Shown piece after piece: positions 26,130-37,629 of a DNA stretch of 64,000 nt. The notes below the pieces were generated by a model. That model was not told the DNA's origin and did not search any database. It saw nothing but the letters and a program-made list of their open reading frames with translations. The number at the start of each line of letters is the position of its first letter. Within the stretch, counting starts at the first letter, position 1. Origin of the DNA: Tubiluchus corallicola. Lineage: Eukaryota > Animalia > Priapulida. Position numbers and translations under genes: made by a program. The DNA lies in NCBI GenBank assembly GCA_030141605.1, contig JAQGDQ010000353.1, positions 135,787 to 199,786 on the forward strand, in the 5' to 3' direction.

Positions 26130-29100
26130 AGAGGGAGGGAGAGAGGGGGGAGAGAGAAAGAGAGAGAGAGAGGGGAGGGAGGGAGGAGAGCATGGAGACA
26201 AGATGACAGAAATCATCTTTTTAAAAGACGCATTTGGATTGACCCACTAGTTGAAAAAAAAGACGCAGAACAAAGATTGTAACTGAAATTCATCGTTGAT
26301 TTAAAAGACGCATTTGATTGACACACTATTAGATTGCATAAGCTTTCTTGAAATTTTTCAAGTTCATTAGATTTTGAAAATAAAAAGACGCATTTGGATT
26401 GACCCACTATTTAGATTGCATAAGCTTTCTTGAAATTTTTCAAGTTCGTTAGATTTTGAAATAAAAAAGACGCATTTGGATTGACACACTATTTAGATTG
26501 CATAAGCTTTCTTGAAATTTTTCAAGTTCGTTAGATTTTGAAATAAAAAAAGACGCATTTGGATTGACACACTATTTAGATTGCATAAGCTTTCTTGAAA
26601 TTTTTCAAGTTCGTTAGATTTTGAAATAAAAAAGACGCATTTGGATTGACACACTATTTAGATTGCATAAGCTTTCTTGAAATTTTTCAAGTTCGTTAGA
26701 TTTTGAAATAAAAAAGACGCATTTGGATTGACACACTATTTAGATTGCATAAGCTTTCTTGAAATTTTTCAAGTTCATTAGATTTTGAAATAAAAAAGAC
26801 GCATTTGGATTGACACACTATTTAGATTGCATAAGCTTTCTTGAAATTTTTCAAGTTCGTTAGATTTTGAAATAAAAAAGACGCATTTGGATTGACACAC
26901 TATTTAGATTGCATAAGCTTTCTTGAAATTTTTCAAGTTCATTAGATTTTGAAATAAAAAAGACGCATTTGGATTGACACACTATTTAGATTGCATAACC
27001 TTTCTTGAAATTTTTCAAGTTCGTTAGATTTTGAAATAAAAAAGACGCATTTGGATTGACACACTAGTTAGATTGCATAAGCTTTCTTGAAATTTTTCAA
27101 GTTCATTAGATTTTGAAAATAAAAAAAGACGCATTTGGATTGACACACTATTTAGATTGCATAACCTTTCTTGAAATTTTTCAAGTTCGTTAGATTTTGA
27201 AATAAAAAAAGACGCATTTGGATTGACACACTATTTAGATTGCATAAGCTTTCTTGAAATTTTTCAAGTTCGTTAGATTTTGAAATAAAAAAAGACGCAT
27301 TTGGATTGACACACTATTTAGATTGCATAAGCTTTCTTGAAATTTTTCAAGTTCGTTAGATTTTGAAATAAAAAGACGCATTTGGATTGACACACTATTT
27401 AGATTGCATAAGCTTTCTTGAAATTTTTCAAGTTCATTAGATTTTGAAAATAAAAAGACGCATTTGGATTTGGATCGTTAGATTTTGAAATAAAAAAGAC
27501 GCATTTGGATTGACACACTAGTTAGATTGCATAAGCTTTCTTGAAATTTTTCAAGTTCGTTAGATTTTGAAATAAAAAAAGACGCATTTGGATTGACACA
27601 CTATTTAGATTGCATAAGCTTTCTTGAAATTTTTCAAGTTCGTTAGATTTTGAAATAAAAAAGACGCATTTGGATTGACACACTATTTAGATTGCATAAG
27701 CTTTCTTGAAATTTTTCAAGTTCGTTAGATGTTGAAATAAAAAAGACGCATTTGGATTGACACACTATTTAGATTGCATAAGCTTTCTTGAAATTTTTCA
27801 AGTTCATTAGATTTTGAAATAAAAAAGACGCATTTGGATTGACACACTATTTAGATTGCATAAACTTTCTTGAAATTTTTCAAGTTCGTTAGATTTTGAA
27901 ATAAAAAAGACGCATTTGGATTGACACACTATTTAGATTGCATAAGCTTTCTTGAAATTTTTCAAGTTCATTAGATTTTGAAATAAAAAAGACGCATTTG
28001 GATTGACACACTATTTAGATTGCATAACCTTTCTTGAAATTTTTCAAGTTCGTTAGATTTTGAAATAAAAAAAGACGCATTTGGATTGACACACTATTTA
28101 GATTGCATAAGCTTTCTTGAAATTTTTCAAGTTCATTAGATTTTGAAATAAAAAAAGACGCATTTCGATTGACACACTATTTAGATTGCATAACCTTTCT
28201 TGAAATTTTTCAAGTTCGTTAGATTTTGAAATAAAAAAGACGCATTTGGATTGACACACTATTTAGATTGCATAAGCTTTCTTGAAATTTTTCAAGTTCA
28301 TTAGATTTTGAAATAAAAAGACGCATTTGAATTGACCCACTATTTAGGTTGTTTTTTAGTACTACAGGAAGTAGGTATTGTAGTATTAACACCGTAACGT
28401 CGATTAAATTATTAAAGTTCCGTGACACCATCATTTATTAAATCAAGTTTCTGTTAGCCTGTAATTATCAATAATTACTCGTAAGTAATTAGATAAAATA
28501 AACTTGTGATTTTAAAGCATGCGCACTAGCCGTGAGAGCCGAATTCTGTTTTCCAAATGCGTAAGGGCGCTGGCACGCTATCGACTTTTACTGTGCACCT
28601 TTTGCCTTCAAATATAAAACCGTCTAATCTTTGCCAGCCAACGTCTAAATCACAAAGTTTTTGCTTGCAGCAGATGATAGGTGCAAATGGCTTCAGTTTG
28701 GTTCATTTAGACTTGACGAAATGGCTTCAATTTGGTTCTAAAAGATCGCAAACGCGTCAGAATTTGGTATTTGCAGGCCATTGCGGCACCCTACCTACAG
28801 ATTTTCAATCTTTCAAATATTACATTAAATCTCTTATAAATACAAGCGTTGTCCTAATAGTTCTAAATAGTTATGAACTTATTTAGATAGAGCATTAAAA
28901 TACTGAAGCAAAATAGAAAGCCGTTTTTTTAGTTTTTCATTAATGTTATATTCCATTAATATTGCTAGTAGGATTATGACAGAATCTTGGCACCATACCT
29001 GTAAAAAAGTCTGTTATTTCTGATGTTTCCTAATATGAAGTATATTTTACATTTATACACGGCGCTTCAAAAAATATTTCATTATTTTTAAAGATATTAT

Positions 29101-32100
29101 TAAGAATGAATAGCAGTTACAACAGTAACAAATGACAATTTTGATGGCTAACCGTACGATCCAGGAGTGGCACCAACTCTTGCTTGATAAGTCTACTGTA
29201 CACCGTGTACTGTGTAGTACAGTACTTAGCAAGCACTCTTCACTGGGAAGATACACACCTTGTGTTCAAACCATACTGTAGACTGTACACACCTTGTGTT
29301 CAAACCATACTGTAGACTGTACACACCTTGTGTTCAAACCATACTGTAGACTGTACACACCTTGTGTTCAAACCATACTGTAGACTGTACACACCTTGTG
29401 TTCAAACCGTACTGTAGACTGTACACACCTTGTGTTCAAACCGTACCGTAGACTGTACACACCTTGTGTTCAAACCATACTGAAGACTGTACACACCTTG
29501 TGTTCAAACCGTACTGTAGACTGTACACACCTTGTGTTCAAACCGTACTGTAGACTGTACACACCTTGTGTTCAAACCGTACCGTAGACTGTACACACCT
29601 TGTGTTCAAACCGTACTGTAGACTGTACACACCTTGTGTTCAAACCAAACTGTAGACTGTACACACCTTGTGTTCAAAGCATACTGTAGACTGTACACAC
29701 CTTGTGTTCAAACCGTACTGTAGACTGTACACACCTTGTGTTCAAACCATACTGTAGACTGTACACACCTTGTGTTCAAACCATACTGTAGACTGTACAC
29801 ACCTTGTGTTCAAACCATACTGTAGACTGTACACACCTTATGTTCAAACCATACTGTAGACTGTACACACCTTGTGTTCAAACCATACTGTAGACTGTAC
29901 ACACCTTGTGTTCAAACCATACTGTAGACTGTACACACCTTGTGTTCAAACCATACTGTAGACTGTACACACCTTGTGTTCAAACCAAACCATTATGGCT
30001 ATGGCCTCCCAGTGAAGAGTGCTTGCTAAGTTAGAAAAAATAGTTGCCATATAGTTAAACAAGCATTGTTCAAAAATCTAGCAAATTGTTGACAAAATTG
30101 GGTTAATGAAAATTTGTACTGAAGTGTCTGTATTTTCATTATCTTAGCTTTAATTGGTTCCGGTGGATCCAGTAATAAGGGTGGCATAGTGTGGATCTTG
30201 ATGTTTTCCTTGACAATTTATGTTATGTGTAAGAAGATACTTTATATGCTAAAATATAATTTACATAATTATACACATTTATATAATTTTATAACTTTAT
30301 TTTTGTGGTGCACATTCATAATATAATTGTGTTTTTGTGTGTGTGAACAAGGCAACATTGTGCAGTGAAATGTATTATTGGCATTCTGCTTTTACCAGGC
30401 TGTATGTAGACAGCGTTTGACACTTCTGATCTAGAGTCAGCGTTGTAGCAGGGGAAAATGGCTTAAAACCCCAAATGTAAATTAAAAAACAACTCTAACT
30501 TGCCGAGTCAGAGTTTAGTATAAGATGAACATCGCTGAACAGGATTTAGGTACAAGCTAAAGAAGCTATAGCTTGGAGCTTCACAATCTGTGGTGGATCG
30601 TAGTTAAAATTAGGGGGAGTGCTGCTTCAGTTTTTAGCCATTGTTTTTAATACTTTGTAAAACGAAACAACATATGTAATTTCAATGTTGTAATTGGAAT
30701 TTTAAACAAACAAACTTGCGAAAATTTATACATAAATTTGATAAAATCCTAAACAAAGAAAAATAAAATCCTAAACAAAAAAATTGCTTTCGAGTAGCCT
30801 AAATTGCCGCAGTTCATGAATATGTCTTTTTAAGCACGTGTGACGACTGACAGCAAACTGTTTGAGCGACAGTATTTTCTCTACCTAGCAGCAGACGCTT
30901 GCAGTGTAGGGTACAGCGTGTTATGTCAGACATGTGCGCATAGCCGCATGCGCACAAAGGCCAAACGCCACGTTGCTGGAGCGCATTGTGCTGGGTTGTG
31001 AAGCAAACAGCACTACCCTCACGTGCTCCGTACAAATATAAAGAAGAACTAAAAAAATAAGCTTTATTATACTGAATATTATCGATAATGTTGAGTGAAA
31101 ATAGGGGGTGCTGCAGTTCCACAGTACCCATACACGAGCCGCCATTGCTTACAATCTGCATGGGGCCTCAAAGAGGTTCCAGATTTGGTTTATACTCATT
31201 TTTAACTCAGGTAATCAGATTACCTGAGGTTATGCAATGCTGATGATCGTCAAGAGAGATCATTTTCACAGCTAAAGAGAATCAACAATGAATTGAGAGC
31301 CGCCATTTCTTAAGAAAAATTGTCTGCACTTTGCGTCATGTGTTTAGCAAGAGCGATAAGTTGCGTGCTTAATGACGTAATTAATGACCTTGGTTTTGGG
31401 AAATCAAGAAAGAAAATATTTAAAGTTGTAACTTATAGGTTTATCTAATATAATTTGTCTGATTTTGAGAACGCGTTGCTTACTACATTTAGTAAACAAA
31501 CACTCCGAAATGTTTGTTTGTATGTCACGTTGTATGTTACAAATTACTAGTATGTCATTATTAAATCATTTGAAGTTTTTTGTACTGTTTACTTTGATAT
31601 TTAATAATTAAATGGCATATATATTTTCAAATTTTCTTGGACCAGCTGGTGTAATTAAAAAAAGATCTCAGGGCTTTATATAACTAAAAGAAAACCGGAT
31701 GATTGTGTGAACATTACTTCAGGGTAAAGAATGTTCTAAAATATTGAAAACTACAATAGATTTTTATGTCAAAGCTTAGATTAAATAATAATTACCTCTG
31801 ATACTCAAATTTTGTTAAACTTTCAAAGCTACGCGCGGCTCAGTGAATCTACTAAGATTGGCAACGGCACTTTTTTGTCACTTTCATGTGACCGACAAAT
31901 AGAAGGCGGTACGGTGATAACCGTGATCATGAACTGTAGTGTTAGTTTCTGACGTCGTATGATGTAGAACCCATTTTCGTGACATCACGCATTTAAACAG
32001 CGCAAGGGAAGATGCCTGTTATTGCACAAACTGTGGTTAGTTTCTGATGTAAGCAATAGCTGTGTTCGGTTGCCGTTAATCAACTTTCTGAGCTAATTAT

Positions 32101-35100
32101 TCAAATATAAGGAACAATTGTTAACTTTTATAGGCAAGAAAATGTATATTTTGACAGTAGATTAAAATGAGATTGAGTCTAAACAATCATCCGGTTTTCT
32201 TTTAAGGCCTTGCTAAGTCTAATTCCGGCACTGAGCTGTAAATTAGCTAGAAAGAAAGTCGAAAATCAAATTAGTGAGTTACTTATGAAACACCCTGTAG
32301 AATAGCAGTGTGCAGGTTACTGCTTGTACAACACAATGTTTTAGAAAAGAATGCTGCCACAAACGGGGAAAAGATGAGCGAAAATATTGATAATTGTTAT
32401 TATTCTTCATAAATTTGATCTCCGTAATTACTTTACGTCGGATTTTGTTGATTTAGTGCCAAAATCTTTCCGTCAATTAAAGGACTAGATGGCGACAGTA
32501 TCAAAGTGTAAACAGCGTTCAGGTTCCACGATAATTATCCTCCAATTAGATTTTTATCATAATTATTTGGGTAAAGTTCATTCATTTCTACGATACCTCC
32601 CGTGGGTCATTGTTACCCTTAATTGTACCTGTATACTTTTTCATGGCAGTTACGTCATTGGGATGTTTTTGATCGTGCACGATGAACCGCTTCTGTCCCC
32701 ACTCTCGGTACCCAGGTTGCTGTCTATTCGCGTGTTTAACAAATCGGCTAATCCGACCAGATGCGGATGCACAGGATTAATCAGCGCGGACAACTTAATT
32801 TTCTGATTAAACACGATTGCTAATGACGCGTATTTCATCAAACCCTGTCACTCCTGTTCGTCAAGTCTTGCTAGTTTTTCTCTGGGCACGTTAACCCTTT
32901 CCGCGTCCCATTGGTGAGGGTCTACCACAACTGCCTGTCCACTTTCTCTCTGAATGTTAACCGAGGAGGACTGGCTAGGCTGGTCTCGACAGGTTGTTCA
33001 AGGACAACATCCAGGCGGAGCCCAGGTAATTTAGGAGAAATTCATCCCGACTCTGGTTTGACACGTTTGGCAAATTGTCGACTTTGAAAAGACAACTTAC
33101 AACTGTTTCTGTCCAGCTTGACGGGATTGTGCGTGTTGATGACAAACTGGGCAGACATTAGAACTGACATTATCTCTCTATGACACTAGATTCACTGTTC
33201 AATCTAGACATTTCTTTTACAGACATCATGGTAGTACTTCTAGTACTTAGATATTGTACTTTTTTCTTCATTAGACTATTCTTTTGTTCTCTATATAAGG
33301 TATAATATTTTCTATCTGTATAAGCTCAGCCAGCTTCCAATTACTGGGGAGAAAGGAAGAGAGGACTTCTCTAGTTTGCACTCAAATTTGTGTACTTTGT
33401 AACATTGAGTAGTTTTCACTAATACTTAAACGTTTTTTTGCAGTACGTCAACAACAAACTCTACACAAGCTGTCACATCGGTGGTAAGAACTTCTTCGTC
33501 AAATGGTGTGGACTTGTTTTTAGCAAATGGGGTCAAGCCAGAAGATCTGAGCACAACTGCTGCCAAGCATCAACTTCATCAGGACATTTCAGAGAAACAG
33601 CAGAGTGGCCAAGTTTCCAAAACCCACAGTGTTCTTGCACAGCAGCTCCAGGCACCTCTGGTAAATCACATTCCCATAAAGTCCGAGAAGGGAGACAGCC
33701 CAGACGGGTCAGTTACTTTGGCAACGATGACAACAATGGGAGTTAACAATGCTGTTGTAAATGGTCGTGAGTATTCGGAGTTACCACCTCTGATCCGCAA
33801 GGAGATTGAGATGAGTGGTGAAGGTCTTCCACCTGTTTCAACTCTCACGAAGAATTACCATAATTCCATGGCGTACAACACAACAAATCCAGAACAGAAC
33901 TCCTTCTTTACGACAACACAGACAAACCATCTGAGCTCATGGCCTACCAACCCTTCCAGCTCCACGGCATTTTCTACAGAGAATACAGTTTACACGCGCA
34001 GTCCTAATCCCGTTGCCATTTCAGCACCTGCTCCTGATTATTACAGGGAACCGTACTATCCCACTACGAATGGTGATTATTACACTATGAGACCACTGGA
34101 GTCGTATGCAGATCCGAATGTGGATGCAGCATTTGTGGAGCGGTATATGAGAACAAATGGAAATGTTAATGGCAATTTCAAGCAGCACAACCTCCATGTG
34201 GAGTTGTCATCACCAGATAGTGGAATCGGTGATACAAGTGTCACGCCCAGAGAGGTACGTTCATTTGGTTTCCTTTTGCAATTTTCTGTGTATAGGTTTT
34301 ACACGTCAAATGTAGACCCAGGAAAGTTCAAATGTGACTTAGGTAAGTCAAATGTTGACCCAGGAAAGTTCAAATGCGACTTAGGTAAGTCAAATGTGAC
34401 TTAGGTAAGTCAAATGTAGATGCTTTACTTTGAATAAATCAGTAATTAAGTTATTTAAGTGCAAATTAGAAAAAGATAAACCAAAGATAGTGCATCTATT
34501 AGTAGGCCTATAAGGTTGTTATTTTAACTTAGGAGCAATTATTAAATTCAAATTAAAGAAGATTAAATTTAACATCCTTAAACTTTAACACCTAGCCACA
34601 TTTGAGATACCAATGTCACATTTGACTTGACATGTGTTTACATTTGACTTACCAAAAACGCTTAAGATTTGTTGAAAACCATTGTCAACACATTTAAACT
34701 GCCTAAGTCTACATTTGAGTTACCAAGACACATTTGAATTACCTAAATCTACATTTGAGTTAACGCACATCTACATTTGACATGTAAAACCTATAGTAAG
34801 CTTTTCATTGTTATTAAATTGTGACAATTTTTACGGTGATTAGTACTACAGTATTTAGAAAGGCAAACTTCATTTTGATTGTTAAAGTACAGTACGCCCT
34901 GGCTTAGCGACGCTAATGCGTTCCAGCAAAACGCGACGTTAAGCGAAACGTCGTTAAATGAAACCAAAACTTCCATAGGAAGTAATGTAAACGAATTGAC
35001 ATGCGTTCCAGAACCAAAAATTGCTGCTTAAATCATATAAATTAAACATTTTACGAGTTTTATTCATATTTCTACTGATGAATTTCTTTCTCTTTGCTAG

Positions 35101-37439
35101 AAACCACTTATGTTTCTTACCAGTATTTAGCTAGGCTTGCTAGCAATTTCTCCTCCCGTTTAAACACTGCGTATTAAACACTTACGTTGTGAAAGCCAAG
35201 CTCTGCATGGAGCGAACCTGAGACAACTTCATTTACCACAATCACTTCTAAAGGTTTTTTTGAAGAATGTGCCTATGTCACTATATTTTTCTTTCAAATA
35301 AATTCCCTTAAATTATTTGGGATAGTAGCGAAATAATTTTTCTATAGCAGCATGCCTGATTTTTGTTGATAGTGACATGATTATGCATATTGCACAGTTT
35401 CATTTTTTGCAATTTTTTTCCTGTTTTTTGCTTTTATTTTACATTTGTGCAAAAAAGTCAATCATTTTTTCAAGTGCAGAATGTTATTGGGAGTGGAAAT
35501 GTTTGCAATTCTGTTTCCTAAGTTCAAAAGGAATGATTTGCACGCGATATTTTTAGGTGTTTGATTATTCGGAAATTCCTCCCCCGATGTTGATGTCGGC
35601 TGATATGGAGCAAAGAGCTTCAGTCATCTCTAGAGCTGAACACAAAGCATGCTCTGAGAAAGTTGGTCAAATAAGTACAGTACAAATACCCAAACTGTAA
35701 GTAGTTTTCATAGATTTATTTTTACATTTGTGGGTATACGTACACGATACATGTATACAATTATACATACATGTAATTACCCGTGTTATACATATACGCT
35801 AAAATAGTTTACTGATGATTCCAGTTAAAACTAGAACTTTTTTAAGGAGTCTAAAAATCATAAATATTAGAAATACGAAATGTTAAGGTGGTATTAAAAA
35901 AATCAAGTTTATTGAAATCTTTGCTGAAACTGAACTTCTTGTTTTGTTCAAATTGTTGTTAACTGTTTTTGCAATACTAATGAAAAACACGCTAATACCA
36001 TGTTTATGTTGACTATTAATTTTTAATCATTTAATTTGAGTTATTAATTGTTAATAATTCTTATTTGCTATTAAATTGCTTTTTTTAAAAATAACGTGAA
36101 AAGTACAGGGTGTCTCAAAAGTAGATATAATTTTTATACTTTACGTTTTCTATATTTTTTAACAAAAATCAAAATACAAACGTTATTGTCGTCGCCATAG
36201 TAATGTGTTTTCTGTCTAAAAATACAAAAAAAAATTGTCTAATGCTCCTGTTGGTACATGTGAGAACTTGCTAAGATTGGAAAAAAATTTAAAAAGAACA
36301 TCGGAAATAAAAGTGTATAGGGACTTTTGAGACAGCCTATATTTGTGTTGCTCCCACGCAATGTTGGTTAACATATTAAAATGACAATGAATTATACAAA
36401 AGAAAAAAATATTTTTGTATAAAAGTGAAGAATACGATAACGAAAAGTAAGAAGCTGTGATGCTTGTCAGTCCCAAATTATTTTTTTAATAATTTTGTTT
36501 TTGATTTGGTACTTTTCTTCAGTATGTCCATCTTGTTTACACATAATAATTTTTTTTTTCTACCTGTGCCCGTGTACTAAATATAGCCTGTATCCCACGG
36601 GATACATTGGGATTCAATGGAAGCATAAAATGTGCTTCATTTTGCAACTGCTGATAATTTTTTAAAAGTATTTAAGACATTTAGTATGCACGCTATGCTG
36701 ATCTGTACAAAGTCGTCTTAAAAGTACTGTACCTTGCACAGTTTTTTATGCTACGTAGATTTTCTAGTTTGCCATTTTATCACCATTTTTAGTCTATTGT
36801 TATTGGCTTAAATCAAAATAACTATTAACAGATCAAATAACTGTCAGTTTTAAAATTTTATTAATTTTAAAGGCAGAAAATATTCTCGTATCCCACGGGT
36901 ATACCATACAACGGGTATGAAAGGTTTAAACTAATCAGAATTGGCAATTCCTACAAGTACTTTTTTATTTAAAAAATTTCGAGATATCTTATTTAAATAA
37001 AACAAATTTATTATTAGAATAACCTGTTATATTACTTTAAACAAAACATGTCTTATTTTGCAATTGTATTATTTGTTTGATGCCTTGTTGTGCAATTTCC
37101 TTAATGCCGTGTTTAAGCTTTTCTACAAACACAATTATCACATATTGTGTTATTGTTTTGTATTGTTAAATATAGATCAAATACTTTTAAAAGGATGAAC
37201 ATAAAATATGGTATTTTCATAAAAACTGAAAATTCACAGATCAAGTAAAATAAAAAGTGTAATCACATTTGGTTTAATTTATAAATTTTGTTGTATAATT
37301 TTGAAAAGATTTGTAGAAAAACGAAATTGCAATGAAATAATTTATTTACATTTTTATTAAAAATTATAGGATAAATTCTCATGTTTTCATAAATCTCAGC
37401 ACTGTAAGATAGTCTTAATAATAATGATGATGATGATAA

Positions 37440-37486
<47 letters not shown>

Positions 37487-37591
37487 TTAATAATAATAAT
37501 AGTAATAGTAATAGTAATAGTTATAGTAATAGTAATAGTAATAGTAATAATAATAATAACGACCACGGCTACAGCAACAGTAACAACAACA

Positions 37592-37629
<38 letters not shown>

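Noticed and set aside
26220-28345. Repeat-spacer array
   Set aside because: The whole 82-bp unit is repeated, with no variable spacer.
29253-29990. CRISPR-like periodicity (34-bp unit with a small hairpin)
   Set aside because: Units are contiguous with no unique spacers, there are no cas genes, and the context is a eukaryotic intron.
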